Part shown: positions 13,135 through 28,700 of the stretch, one piece after another
Layout: each line of letters begins with the position of its first letter
How positions within the stretch are numbered: the first letter of the stretch is position 1
Assembly: GCA_964016885.1 (NCBI GenBank)
Contig: OZ024755.1
Span: forward strand, 38,440,001-38,504,000
Direction of reading: 5' to 3'
Length of the DNA: 64,000 bases
Source: Eledone cirrhosa
Taxonomy: Eukaryota
Program-made: the position numbers and the translations under genes
Notes under the pieces: model-generated
What the model saw: only the letters and a program-made list of their open reading frames with translations
What the model was told of the DNA's origin: nothing
Databases searched by the model: none

Positions 13135-15605
13135 GGATTACTAAGATGTATATAAAACAATATTTCTAGGATGTATATAAAACTATATTGCTAGGATGTA
13201 TATAAAACAATATTTCTAGGATGTATATAAAACAATATTTCTAGGATATATTTAAAATATATTTCTAGAATATATATAAAACTATATTGCTAGGATATAT
13301 ATAAAACTACATTTCTAGGATGTATATAAAACTATATTGCTAGGATATATATATAAAACTATATTTCTAGGATATATATAAAACTATATTGCTAGGATGT
13401 ATATAAAACTATATTTCTAGGATGTATATGAAACTATATTGCTAGGATATATATAAAATTATATTGCTAGGATATATATAAAACTATATTTCTAGGATAT
13501 ATATAAAACTATATTGCTAGGATATATATAAAACTACATTGCTAGGATGTATATAAAATATATTACTACGATATATATAAAACTATATTGCTAGGATATA
13601 TATAAAACTATATTTCTAGGATATATATAAAACTATATTGCTAGGATGTATATAAAACTATATTGCTAGGATATATATAAAACTATATTGCTAGGATATA
13701 TATAAAATTATATTGCTAGGATACATATAAAACTACATTGCTAGGATATAAATATAACTATATTTCTAGGATATATATAAAACTATATTGCTAGGATATA
13801 TATAAAACTATATTTCTAGGATATATATGAAACTATATTTCTATGATATATATAAAACTATATTTCTAGGATATATATAAAACTATATTGCTAGGATGTA
13901 TATAAAACTACATTGCTAGGATATATATAAAACTATATTGCTAGGATGAATATAAAACTATATTGCTAGGATATATATAAAACTGTATTGCTAGGATATA
14001 TATAAATCTATATTGCTAGGATATATATAAAACTATATTGCTAGGATATATATAAAATTATATTTCTAGGATGTATATAAAACTACATTGCTAGGATGTA
14101 TTTAAAACTATATTCCTAGGATGTATATAAAACTATATTCCTAGGATATATATAAACTATATTACTAGGATATATATAAAACTATATTTCTAGGATGTAT
14201 ATAAAACTATATTGCTAGGATATATATAAAACTATATTGCTAGGATGTATATAAAACTATATTGCTAGGATGTATATAAAACTATATTGCTAGGGTGTAT
14301 ATAAAACTATATTTCTAGGATATATATAAAAGTATATTGCTAGGATGTATATAAAACTATATTGCTAGGATGTATATAAAACTATATTGCTAGGATGTAT
14401 ATAAAACTATATTGCTAGGATATATATAAAACTATATTTCTAGGATATATATAAAACTATATTGCTAGGATGTATATAAAACTACATTGCTAGGATGTGT
14501 ATAAAACTATATTGCTAGGATGTATATAAACTATATTGCTAGGATATATATAAAACTATATTTCTAGGATGTATATAAAACTATATTTCTAGGATGTATA
14601 TAAAACTATATTGCGAGGATATATATAAAACTATATTACTAGGATGTATATAAAACTATATTGCTAGGATGTATATAAAACTATATTGCTAGGATGTATA
14701 TAAAACTATGTTGCTAGGATGTATATAAAACTATATTGCTATATAAAATTATATTTCTAGGATATATATAAAACTATGTTGCTTGGATGTATATAAAACT
14801 ATATTTCTACGATATATATAAAACTATATTTCTAGGATATATATAAAACTATATTGCTAGGATGTATATAAAACTATATTGCTAGGATATATATAAAACT
14901 ATATTGCTAGGATGTATATAAAACTATATTACTAGGATCTATATAAAACTATGTTGCTAGGATATATATAAAATTATATTTCTAGGATGTATATAAAACT
15001 ATATTGCTAGGGTGTATATAAAACTATATTGCTAGGATATATATAAAACTATATTGCTAGGATATATATAAAACTATATTTCTAGGATGTATATAAAACT
15101 ATATTGCTAGGATGTATATAAAACTATATTGCTAGGACATATATAAAACTATGTTGCTAGGATGTACATAAAACTATATTTCTATGATATATATAAAACT
15201 ATATTTCTAGGATATATATAAAACTATATTGCTAGGATTTATATAAAACTATATTGCTAGGATATATATAAAACTATATTACTAGGATCTATATAAAACT
15301 ATGTTGCTAGGATTTATATAAAATTATATTTCTAGGATGTATATAAAACTATATTGCTAGGGTGTATATAAAACTATATTACTAGGACATATAAAACTAT
15401 ATTTCTAAGATGTATATAAAACTATATTGCTAGGATATATATAAAACTATATTTCTAGGATATATATAAAACTACATTGCTAGGATATATTTTTTTTCAT
15501 TTTTCATATATAAAATTATATTGCTAGGATATATATAAAATTATATTTCTAGGATGTATATAAAACTATATTGCTAGGATGTATATAAAATATATTTCTA
15601 GGATG
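13135..15605. repeat. 25-bp AT-rich satellite (ATATATATAAAACTATATTGCTAGG)
   Basis: About 100 tandem units visible. Confidence 0.95.
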
Positions 15606-15865
15606 TTTTTCGTTGATTTTTAAAATATCAATCGTTACAGGTTTTAAATAAGTTCTTTGTATTGAAAACATCAGGCTTGGGATTACATTGCAAGAGTATC
15701 ATCAAGTGTATTAAATAGTGCATTTCTTCTCTCTAGTACTATGGAATTTTAATTATTTCTTTCTTCTACACTTTCCACTTTAACCATTCAATAAATGGTA
15801 GATATAATTTTGGTGGAATAGATTAACGATAAATGAAAATTCAAACGTTATACCTACACACACAC

Positions 15866-15943
<78 letters not shown>

Positions 15944-15986
15944 GTGTGTGTGTATATATATATATGTGTGTATGTATATATGTATG

Positions 15987-16024
<38 letters not shown>

Positions 16025-16038
16025 AACATATATATACA

Positions 16039-16102
<64 letters not shown>

Positions 16103-16143
16103 GTGTGTATATATATATGTGTGTATGTATATATGTATGTATG

Positions 16144-16179
<36 letters not shown>

Positions 16180-16193
16180 CAAACATATATATA

Positions 16194-16247
<54 letters not shown>

Positions 16248-16956
16248 GAAGGAATGTTCCTGAAAGACATAAACAAAACAAACTCAATAATTAAAACCAT
16301 ATCTTATATAGGTTTTTTATTTTATATAGTTTCATCGTAAACTTTACAACATTGATTATTTATTCCAATTTATCTATAGATTTATTTGCTCTTTCTTATA
16401 CAACATGTCATATAATTATATTTCAAATGCTATACTATATATTCAAAATCAATATACAGATATTTTTGCCTAGCTCTCTATTTTGAAATATTCAGCTATA
16501 TTTATTATTTTAATTTAAACGATATTATTTAGATTTTTCTTTTTCTAAAATTCTAAAATATCTATCCTAATATATATATATATTAATAAAAGGAATTCCA
16601 ATTTTGTCTGATTTACTCGTTTTATTTACAATCCTTTAAAATTATAATGATATTATAATGAAATAGTATGGTAGAATATTAAATGTTAAGTGTTAATTGA
16701 ACAAGCACTTTCATGCTTTCGCAATCTTCAGGTTCATATTCAGTGGTGACAGTCAAGTTTCAAAATTACAGGATGATGATGATGATAATGATATATATCA
16801 TCCATGATAATATGCCACACGTGTTTGTATATTCACATACTGTCTCTGTTCAATGTCGATTTCATGCTGATCGAACAACTGAGATATTCATCGTCGAAAA
16901 CGACGAAAGTCCATTCCATATTTTGCTTTATCTAGATTACCATTCTTCTATAAGTA

Positions 16957-17826
16957 ACTAGCAGAGCTACCCGGTGATACCGAGGTCTTTCTTAAAAGTA
17001 ACAAAATATTTTTGCACCCATAGCAAAATTTAACAAAAGGAATATAATTTCTATTAATTATGTAGAACCTTACTAAGTATGGGATTTTCAAGGGAGTGTC
17101 TTTCTGAATAAATGTCTAATTCGGCATGATGTGTAAAACATCCCTCCACACATATAGTTGCGCACAAACACAAATACATACATATGTATATACATACATA
17201 TATACATATATGGACGTAAAACGTTAATGATGATGATGATGATATGATATATATATATATATATATATATCATCATTGTATATATATGTATGTGTGTGTG
17301 TGTGTGTGCGTATGTCGTATGTCCGGTCAGTATTTATATACACATACTTGAGAGAGAAAGATTATGATCAGAAGGCTAGGGAGAGACATAGATAGATAGA
17401 AATATAGATTGATAGAGAGAGAGAGAGAGATGAGGGAGAAGGAATAGTTAAGAGAGAGATGTGTAATAGAAAACGAGAGAGAATACCCGAGAGAAAGGGG
17501 AATGATGAGGGAGATATATACCAATAGACAGAGAAAGGAGGAAAGAGAGTCAAAGAAGTAGAACAGATTGAAGTAGAAAACAGTCATAAAATGTGAAGTA
17601 GATATATCATTAGTAAAACCGGTTATCTTTTTAAACAACAAACAATGAAAGATGTTTGTTCATTTGGCTAAAAGAAACTGAAGAGACATTTATTTACAAA
17701 TAAAACAATTCATTGAAAATCCCTTACTCAGTAAACTTTCTATTTTATTCGTTAAATTTTGTAATGTGTGCAAAAATGTGTTGCTACTTTCATAAAAATT
17801 AAACCCTAGATATCTCTAGATAGCTA
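16957..17826. mobile_element. Element with ~120-bp imperfect terminal inverted repeats
   Basis: 16957-17090 is the reverse complement of 17714-17826 (e.g. TTACTAAGTATGGGATTTTCA vs TGAAAATCCCTTACTCAGTAA). Confidence 0.55.
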
Positions 17827-17838
17827 TTTCCAACTCCA

Positions 17839-17937
<99 letters not shown>

Positions 17938-18248
17938 AATTTATATCTAGTAACATTTATATACACACAGATGCATATCAATGGTAGCAAATATATAGGT
18001 TTTGTCTTATTAACATTGTGGTTCAATGCATGGGGTTGCAGAACAATAATATGAGAGACTTAAAATAAGAAAATTATAAAATTAACTCACTTCGAACAAA
18101 TTAGTTTCTGGAATGGAGTAAATATATTTTCCGAAGAAACATATTGAAAATCATTCCGTCATCAGGAAAGTCTTTTCCATTCCACTGAATTATTTTTTTT
18201 ATAAGTTTCCAGAGTCCTTGCTATGCCTGGAGACTTACACGGAAAAAG

Positions 18249-18331
18249 ACTTTCCTGATGACGGAATGATTTTCAATATGTTTCTTCGGAAAATATATTT
18301 ACTCCATTCCAGAAACTAATTAGTTGGAAGT
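18249..18331 (+). ncRNA. Type I hammerhead ribozyme with long stem II; inverted, slightly degenerate twin at 18089-18171(-)
   Basis: ACTTTC-CTGATGA-CGGAATG...CATTCCA-GAAA-CTAATTAG-T-T-GGAAGT, inside palindrome 18051-18384. Confidence 0.75.
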
Positions 18332-19130
18332 AATTTTTTAGTAAGTAAGTTAATTTTATAATTTTCTTATTTTACGTCTCTCATATATATATATATATAT
18401 ATATAGTCATCCAGGCCGAAACAAATGAGATCGTGTAGGTGTCACGACAAAAAAGCACACAGTCCACGCTGTAATGTGGCCGTGTAGGCAACACGGTAAA
18501 AACATCCCAGCCCCACACTGTAAATATGGTTGGTGTTAGGAAGGGCATCCATCTGTAGAAAACCCGCCAGACAGTCCTATGCGAGCAAGACAATCACTCT
18601 TGCCTCAAGTGTGAAAACTTCCGTCCAAACCCATGCAAGCGTGGAACACAGACGTTAAACGATGATGATGATAATGATGATGAGTCACATCACCAGTCTG
18701 AAGAGCAGATCGATAGTGGAGTCTTGTCCATAACACCTATGGGGCACCTTGAGGTAATCCTCTGCGATACGCGCGGAACAGGTTGATACACAATAAATAT
18801 TTTTTATATGTAACCAAAACTTCCTTGCTTTTTCTATTATATATATATAGGTGAAATATATTTCTTACTTAAAGAAATATATACAAAGGAGATTAATAAT
18901 TTTAAAAGGTATCTATATTTGAAGTTCTAGTCAAACTTTAATTAGTTACCTACCTAGCTATGTGTGCCTACATTCTTTACAAATTATTCCCTGTGATTGT
19001 TTCATGTATTTATTTTATATATATGTCAATCTATTTCTAGTTGATATGTAATGCTCGGATCTAATCTTTGAGCTTATTCTACGGTGGATATGGCGCATGT
19101 CTCTCAGACATGACAACCCTTAATTTTAAT

Positions 19131-19217
<87 letters not shown>

Positions 19218-19464
19218 ATATAGACAGATAAATGGATAGCTCAAATACGCACACAGAGACACACAGACACACACACATATATATTGTACTGGTTTATACT
19301 CGTAAGACCATAACTCAGGAGAGTACTCGATGCTTGGGATAGTAGAGTGTAAGTATAGCAGAAAGTAAAGGCCCAATGACTTAGTTCTTGCTGTTTTGAT
19401 ATCAAATTCCAGTTTGGAATTTGCCGTCGAAACAGCAAGAGCTCACCCATTTGGCCTTGATTCT

Positions 19465-19527
<63 letters not shown>

Positions 19528-19693
19528 TTATTAAAATAACAGATTAAAGTTTAAGCAAAGAATCGCTGCTTTCACCCTTAAATTTAATCTGTTATTTTAA
19601 TAAATATTTGCTCTACGGTTCTTATATATTTGATATATATTTATCCTTATCGAGCCCTTTTTGGATTTTAGTCTTCAAATTTATTATTATTAC

Positions 19694-19729
<36 letters not shown>

Positions 19730-20016
19730 GATATACTGGAGTCGGGTCCATAAATCCTATGGGTGACTTTGAACCAATCCTCTGCGAAACGTGCGTATTG
19801 GTTCGATACACAATAAATAACTTTTATATGTAATTGAAACTTCCTCGTTTGATGCGAGCAATGTATGTTGATGCTAGCATTTTGATATATATATATATAT
19901 CAAAATGCTAGCATCAACATTTTCCAAGAGATGAATGGACCTGTTATTTTTATCTAAAGACATTTTTTCCAATTCCAACCCGCCCGTTCCTTCAATCTAT
20001 CTTATTTCTCTTTCTT

Positions 20017-20052
20017 TCTTCTGATGAAGGACTAGCGCTCGAAACGTTAAGA
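20017..20052 (+). ncRNA. Minimal type I hammerhead ribozyme
   Basis: TCTT-CTGATGA-AGGACTAGCGCTC-GAAA-CG-T-T-AAGA; palindromic ACGT stem III; stem II weak in this copy. Confidence 0.6.
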
Positions 20053-20145
20053 CCCTCTTCCTGCTATATCAAGCGTTAACCTAATATATTCCTTCCATAT
20101 ACTGTACCAACTGCGTTGTAATTTCTGTTTACATATATATATATA

Positions 20146-20455
20146 TCATCATCATCATTTTACGTCCGCTTTTCCCTGCTTGCAAGGGTGGGACGGGAAC
20201 TGATTCTGGCTTGATTTCTACAGCTGGATGCCCTTCCTAACACCAACCTCATTTACAGTGAGTGCTGGGTGCTTTTTTGCCGTGGCACCTCCATAACCAC
20301 TTTACAGTGGAATGATATGGACCCCAGTCCCTATCATCTCATTTCTACAGCTGAGTAAACTGGAGCAATGTGAAATAAAGTGTCTTGCTCAAGGAAACAA
20401 CACATCACTCGGTCTGAGAATTGAACTCACAACGTTTCGATTGCAAGGCCAATGC
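20146..20455 (-). mobile_element. Near full-length tRNA-derived SINE with (GAT)n tail
   Basis: Near-identical inverted copy at 23101-23445. Confidence 0.8.
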
Positions 20456-20484
20456 TCTCTCTCTCTCTATATATATATATTATA

Positions 20485-20516
<32 letters not shown>

Positions 20517-20774
20517 TTACGGGGTCTATAAAATAAAGTACCAGTAATGCACTGGGTAATTGCTAGCCTTGTGCCTAAAGTAGAAATAATTATATATATA
20601 TAATTATTTCTACTTTAGGCACAAGGCTAGCAATTACCCAGTGCATTACTGGTACTTTATTTTATAGACCCCGTAAAGTCAACCTCGGCGAGATTTGAAC
20701 TCAGATCGTAAAGGGACGTAACTATGCTGGAAAGCATGGTGTCCGACCCTCTACTGATACTGCCAATCCACCAC

Positions 20775-21046
<272 letters not shown>

Positions 21047-21499
21047 ATCACACACATATATATATATACTCTCACTATACATTATATATATTATTTCTTT
21101 TTTTTTCTGGCTTCAATCATTTGACTCCTGCCATGCTGGAGCACCATTCTGAAGGGATATACTTCATTATGTCAACTCTCTGTCTCTCTCTCTCTATATA
21201 TATATATAGTAATAATAATAAATTTGAAGACTAAAATCCAAAGAGGGCTCGATAAGGATAAATATATATCAAATATGAGTTTCAGAAGATCCCGTTAAGG
21301 GTGAAAGCAGCGATTCTTTGCTTAAACTTTAATCTGTTATTTTAATAAATATATATATATAAACAGAAGGGATATTCAATTTGTTGGTAATTCAACAAAT
21401 ATAAATGTTTATAACTGATTCAGAGCACTCAACAGCTTTTCTGGAGTATAATATACAATGATATTAAATAATTGGAAACTATATTTATAAAACCATATT

Positions 21500-21560
21500 T
21501 ATTCTATTATATATATTTCAAAGGTACCAAAATGTTGGTACGCTCTCATCAGATAAAATA
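21500..21560 (-). ncRNA. Type I hammerhead ribozyme
   Basis: Minus strand: TATTTTAT-CTGATGA-GAGCGTACCAA.CATT.TTGGTACCTTT-GAAA-TATATA-T-A-ATAGAATA. Confidence 0.75.
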
Positions 21561-21691
21561 CGAAGTGTGTTTTATAAATTTTGACATAACCAAGGAGAAT
21601 ATACCTTAAAGGTTCAAGTTATCCCTGGATAACTTATCCAGGTAATAGAATAAATATGGTTTTATAAATATAGTTTCCATTTATTTAATAT

Positions 21692-21739
<48 letters not shown>

Positions 21740-21756
21740 TTCCTCGTAAGGAAGTA

Positions 21757-21835
21757 TATAGCTAAAAGTAAACCCCTCTACTTAGATTTTATTGAGTTGG
21801 AGAAAGCCTTTGACAGAGTCCCCCACTGCTCCATT
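21757..21835 (+). pseudogene. Small RTE-type RT fragment
   Basis: Translates as 'KSKPLYLDFIELEKAFDRVPH' (RT motif FxDLEKAFDRVP). Confidence 0.55.
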
Positions 21836-21842
21836 ATCTGCT

Positions 21843-21883
21843 CCGAGCTGATGATCCAAATAAGGTGAAACAATTGTTCTTGG
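21843..21883 (+). ncRNA. Minimal type I hammerhead ribozyme
   Basis: CCGAG-CTGATGA-TCCAAATAAGGT-GAAA-CAATTG-T-T-CTTGG; palindromic stem III. Confidence 0.7.
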
Positions 21884-22907
21884 TATGGTGAGCTAACTGT
21901 TGTGAAACTACTTCTACCAAACTCGTCCCATGGACTGAGTCTTCTACTACTATATATTATATATGTATATTATATTATATTATATTATATTATATATATT
22001 TATTATTTATTGTATTTATATTACATATATCATATATATTAAGGGTGAAAGCAGCAATTCTTTGCTTAAACTATAATCTGTTCTTATAATAAATATTTGC
22101 TCTACGGGTTTATATATATATGAATCCCACGTGGGGTCAGTAATAGCCACACTTATGTATAGCATTTTGGAGCAAAAACCCGTTGATAACACGACTGCCT
22201 TGTTCATCATCTCACCAGAAGCCCAACATTCTTTATGTAGGCGGACAGTACCTGATTTGGAGTCGCAGAAACCAATACTGGATTTTACCATCAGTCCAGG
22301 GTCCGGGAAAGTATCAACACATATATTTTTATTGTTTGACCCGAATTACTTGGTCGTTTTGTTTTGGCTGTACGGATGATATGTTTAACCATCATCTCAG
22401 TGTGTTTGGCCCTTAACGTATGTTGTAGTTCTGATTCACATGATTCATCGAGCGCTTGCCACACATATCGGACGTTGATTTTCGTTAATTCCTGAGCTGA
22501 AAACGATTCTCGCTAATTTATATTTATATATATATATATATATATATATAATACAATATGTTGAAAAGATAACACACTAGAGAGGGAGATAATGCACCAT
22601 CAATCAAACAAGGAAAAACCACCAGTGTATGGAATCTATAACCTATGGAAGGCAGACTATAGACACGATAATTAAAAGTGTAAATTAAAGTGTAAATACA
22701 TACCTCGATAACTATCTAACTCTGCCTTCCATGGGATATAGATTCCATACCCTGGTGGTTTTTCCCTGTTTGATAGATGGCGCACTATCTCTCTCTCTGG
22801 TGTGTTACCTTTTCTACATATTGTATTATAAAGAGCTCGGGATTCCTTCTCCTTTGACCACATTACTAACAGGGAATAGGTGGGAGTCTATGGCTCCGTT
22901 AATTTAT

Positions 22908-22939
<32 letters not shown>

Positions 22940-23100
22940 CAACTAGAAATTGATTGACATATATATATCTAAAATAAATATATAAAACAATCACAGGGAA
23001 TAATTTGTAATTGGAATCTTTGAGCATATTCTACAGTGGATATGGTGCATGTCTCTCTGACATGACACCCTTAATTTAATTTTGCATATATATATATATA

Positions 23101-23441
23101 TGGAGGCACATGGCTTAGTGGTTAGAGCATTGGCCTTGCAATCGAAAGGTTGTGAGTTCAATTCTCAGACCGGGTGATGTGTTGTTTCCTTGAGCAAGAC
23201 ACTTTATTTCACATTGCTCCAGTTTACTCAGCTGTAGAAATGAGATGATAGGGACTGGGGTTCCTATCATTCCACTGCAAAGTGGTCGTGGAGGTGCCAC
23301 GGCAAAAAAGCACCCAGCACTCACTGTAAATGAGGTTGGTGTTAGGAAGGGCATCCAGCTGTAGAAATCAAGCCAAAATCAGTTCCCGTCCCACCCTTGC
23401 AAGCAGGGAAAAGCGGACGTAAAATGAAATGATGATGATGA

Positions 23442-23445
<4 letters not shown>
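23101..23445 (+). mobile_element. Full-length tRNA-derived SINE
   Basis: A-box TGGCTTAGTGG, B-box GAGTTCAATTC, core 'ttgagcaagacactttatttcacattgctccag', (GAT)n tail. Confidence 0.85.
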
Positions 23446-23480
<35 letters not shown>

Positions 23481-23576
23481 AGATGTCAACATGAATGGAC
23501 CTATTATTTTTATCTAAAAACATTTTTTCCAATTCCTTCACTCCCGTCCCCTTAATCTATTTCATTTCTCATTCTT

Positions 23577-23612
23577 TCTTCTGATGAAGGACTAGCGTCT
23601 GAAACGTTAAGA
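23577..23612 (+). ncRNA. Minimal type I hammerhead ribozyme (paralog of 20017)
   Basis: TCTT-CTGATGA-AGGAC.TAGC.GTCT-GAAA-CG-T-T-AAGA. Confidence 0.7.
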
Positions 23613-23878
23613 CCCTCTTCCTGTTATTTCAAGTGTTAACCTAATATATACCTTCCATATACTGTCCCGATTGTGTTGTTACTTCTGTTTACCTTTTACA
23701 TACATATATATACAATATATATTATATCATACATATATATTATATTATATATATATATCTTATATAATATATATCATATATATATATATATATATATCAT
23801 ATCATATACATATCATATATATATAATATATATATATATAAAATATATATATATGATATATATCATATCATATACATA

Positions 23879-23984
<106 letters not shown>

Positions 23985-23994
23985 TATATATTAT

Positions 23995-24061
<67 letters not shown>

Positions 24062-24083
24062 TCATATCATATACATATTATAA

Positions 24084-24152
<69 letters not shown>

Positions 24153-24334
24153 TATATATTATATATATATACTTTTAATGATAAGTTAATTTTATTTTGA
24201 TCTATATTTATGATGTTGCTACTCTCTTTAATTAGCTAATTAAATTTATCAAGTTTAATTTTGAGGATCCTGTGAGGTATTTCTAGCCTTCCTTTTGACT
24301 TGCAGGTAACTTGCAGACCAACTCTACTTCGTGT

Positions 24335-25400
24335 TCCAACCATATTTTACCTTTACCACTCATATCTTACTTTTACCAACCATATTTTACCTTTACCAAC
24401 CATATCTTACCTTTACCAACCAGATTTTACCTTTTCCAACCATATTTTACTCTTATCAACCATATTTTACCTTTACCAACCATATTTTACCTTTACCAAC
24501 CATGTTTTACCTTTACCAACCATATCTTACCTGTTCCAACCATATCTTACCTGTTCCAACCATATTTTACCTTTAGCAACCATGTTTTACCTTTATCAAC
24601 TATATTTTACCTGTTCCAACCATATTTTACCTTTATTAACCTTGTTTTACCCTTACAAACCATGTTTTACCTGCTCCACTCATATTTTACCTTTATCAAC
24701 CATATTTTACCTGTTCCAACCATATTTTACCTTTATCAACCATATTTTATCTGTTCCAACCATATTTTACCTTTATCAACCATATTTTACCTTTACCAAC
24801 CATGTTTTACCTTTTCCAACCATGTTTTACCTGTTCCAACCATATCTTACCTGCTCCACTCATATTTTACCTTTACCAACCATATTTTACCTATTCCAAC
24901 CATATTTTACCTTTACCGACCATATCTACTTGTTCCAACCATATCTTTCATGTTCCAACCATATTTTACCTTTACCAACCATGTTTTACCTTTTCCAACC
25001 AAGTTTTACCTGCTTCACTTATATCTTAACTTTACCAACCCTATTTTACCTTTTCCAACCATATCTTACCTTTTCCAACTATAATTTACCTTTAACAACC
25101 ATATTTTACCTGCTCCGCTCATATCTTACCTTTACCAACCCTATTTTACCTTTACCAACCTTATTTTAACTTTACCAACTATATTTTACCTTTACCAACC
25201 ATATTTTACCTATTCCAACTATACTTCACCTTTACCAACCACATTTTACCTGTTCCAACCATATCTTACATGTTCCAACCATATCTTACATGTTCCAACC
25301 ATATCTTACATGTTCCAACCATATTTTACCTTTACCAAACCCTATTTTACCTTTACCAACCATATTTTACCTTTACCGACCATATTTTACTTGTTCCAAC
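24335..25400. repeat. 20-bp minisatellite (CAACCATATTTTACCTTTAC)
   Basis: Tandem array; accounts for the ORFs at 24300-25467. Confidence 0.95.
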
Positions 25401-25769
25401 CATAGTTAACATCTTCCAATTGTACCTTACCTGTTTAATAATTTACCTGTTTCAATTATTCCTTTAACATTTGGTTCAAACGAATATTTAATTTTTGGCA
25501 ATCCTATGTTATCAAATTCAATCCTAGTATTTTAATTAATCCTACTTGCTGGTGAGGCCAGTGGACTGCACTAGATTAATTAGTTCTGTTAATTAACTTA
25601 TGGCTTAGTGGTTAGAGCGTTGGGCTTACAGTCCTGAGGTTGTGAGTTCGATTCTCAGTCCGGGCTTTGTGTTGTGTTCTTGAGCAAGACACTTTATTTC
25701 ATGTTGCTCCAGTTTAGTCAGCTGTAGAAATGAGTTTACCTAGCTATGGGTAAAACAGCCTCACTAACC

Positions 25770-28700
25770 CACAATTGGTCAAGTGTGGTCAGTACAGCTA
25801 CACCTCTGACATGACCACAATTGGGCCAGTGTGGTCAGTATGGCTCCACCACTGACATGACCACAGACCAAGTGTGGTCAGTACAGCTACACCACTGACA
25901 TGACCACAGCCCCAGTGTGGTCAGTACAGCTACACCCCTGACATGACCACAATTGACCAAGTGTGGTCAGTACAGCTACACCTCTGACATGACCACAATT
26001 GACCAAGTGTGGTCAGTACAGCTACACCACTGACATGACCACAATTGACCAAGTGTGGTCAGTACAGCTACACCTCTGACATGACCACAATTGGTCAAGT
26101 GTGGTCAGTACAGCTACACCACTGACATGACCACAATTGACCAAGTGTGGTCAGTACAGCTACACCACTGACATGACCACAATTGACCAAGTGTGGTCAG
26201 TACAGCTACACCACTGACATGACCACAATTGACCAAGTGTGGTCAGTACAGCTACACCTCTGACATGACCACAATTGGCCCAGTGTGGTCAGTACAGCTA
26301 CACCACTGACATGACCACAGACCAAGTGTGGTCAGTACAGCTACACCACTGACATGACCACAGGCCAAGTGTGGTCAGTACAGCTACACCACTGACATGA
26401 CCACAATTGGTCAAGTGGGGTCAGTACAGCTACACCACTGACATGACCACAATTGGTCAAGTGGGGTCAGTACAGCTACACCCCTGACATGACCACAATT
26501 GACCAAGTATGGTCAGTACAGCTACACCACTGACATGACCACAATTGGTCAAGTGGGGTCAGTACAGCTACACCACTGACATGACCACAATTGGTCAAGT
26601 GGGGTCAGTACAGCTACACCACTGACATGACCACAATTGGTCAAGTGGGGTCAGTACAGCTACACCACTGACATGACCACAATTGGTCAAGTGGGGTCAG
26701 TACAGCTACACCACTGACATGACCACAATTGGTCAAGTGGGGTCAGTACAGCTACACCACTGACATGACCACAATTGGCCCAGTGTGGTCAGTACAGCTA
26801 CACCACTGACATGACCACAATTGGCCCAGTGTGGTCAGTACAGCTATACCACTGATATGACCACAATTGGTCAAGTGGGGTCAGTACAGCTACACCACTG
26901 ACATGACCACAATTGGCCCAGTGTGGTCAGTACAGCTACACCACTGACATGACCACAGACCAAGTGTGGTCAGTACAGCTACACCACTGACATGACCACA
27001 ATTGGTCAAGTGTGGTCAGTACAGCTACACCACTGACATGACCACAATTGGCCCAGTGTGGTCAGTACAGCTACACCACTGACATGACCACAGACCAAGT
27101 GTGGTCAGTACAGCTACACCACTGACATGACCACAATTGGTCAAGTGTGGTCAGTACAGCTACACCACTGACATGACCACAATTGGCCCAGTGTGGTCAG
27201 TACAGCTACACCACTGACATGACCACAGACCAAGTGTGGTCAGTACAGCTACACCACTGACATGACCACAATTGGTCAAGTGTGGTCAGTACAGCTACAC
27301 CCCTGACATGACCACAGACCAAGTGTGGTCAGTACAGCTACACCACTGACATGACCACAGTTGGCCTAGTGTGGTCAGTACAGCTACACCACTGACATGA
27401 CCACAATTGGTCAAGTGTGGTCAGTACAGCTACACCACTGACATGACCACAATTGGTCAAGTGTGGTCAGTACAGCTACACCTCTGACATGACCACAGAC
27501 CAAGTGTGGTCAGTACAGCTACACCCCTGACATGACCACAGTTGGCCTAGTGTGGTCAGTACAGCTACACAACTGACATGACCACAATTGGTCAAGTGTG
27601 GTCAGTACAGCTACACCCCTGACATGACCACAGACCAAGTGTGGTCAGTACAGCTACACCACTGACATGACCACAATTGGTCAAGTGTGGTCAGTACAGC
27701 TACACCACTGACATGACCACAGACCAAGTGTGGTCAGTACAGCTACACCACTGACATGACCACAGGCCAAGTGTGGTCAGTACAGCTACACCACTGACAT
27801 GACCACAGACCAAGTGTGGTCAGTACAGCTACACCACTGACATGACCACAGACCAAGTGTGGTCAGTACAGCTACACCACTGACATGACCACAGGCCAAG
27901 TGTGGTCAGTACAGCTACACCACTGACATGACCACAGGCCAAGTGTGGTCAGTACAGCTACACCACTGACATGACCACAGACCAAGTGTGGTCAGTACAG
28001 CTACACCACTGACATGACCACAGGCCAAGTGTGGTCAGTACAGCTACACCACTGACATGACCACAGACCAAGTGTGGTCAGTACAGCTACACCACTGACA
28101 TGACCACAGACCAAGTGTGGTCAGTACAGCTACACCACTGACTTGACCACAGACCAAGTGTGGTCAGTACAGCTACACCACTGACATGACCACAATTGGT
28201 CAAGTGTGGTCAGTACAGCTACACCACTGACATGACCACAGACCAAGTGTGGTCAGTACAGCTACACCACTGACTTGACCACAGACCAAGTGTGGTCAGT
28301 ACAGCTACACCACTGACATGACCACAATTGGTCAAGTGTGGTCAGTACAGCTACACCACTGACATGACCACAATTGGCCCAGTGTGGTCAGTACAGCTAC
28401 ACCACTGACATGACCACAGACCAAGTGTGGTCAGTACAGCTACACCACTGACATGACCACAATTGGTCAAGTGTGGTCAGTACAGCTACACCACTGACAT
28501 GACCACAATTGGTCAAGTGTGGTCAGTACAGCTACACCACTGACATGACCACAATTGGTCAAGTGTGGTCAGTACAGCTACACCACTGACATGGCCACAG
28601 ACCAAGTGTGGTCAGTACAGCTACACCACTGACTTGACCACAGACCAAGTGTGGTCAGTACAGCTACACCACTGACATGACCACAATTGGTCAAGTGTGG

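Noticed and set aside
23101-23175. tRNA gene
   Set aside because: A and B boxes present, but it continues into a SINE core and lacks a full acceptor stem; same for 25600-25672
24300-25467. Repetitive F/Y/Q/P ORFs
   Set aside because: 20-bp unit that cycles through reading frames; satellite
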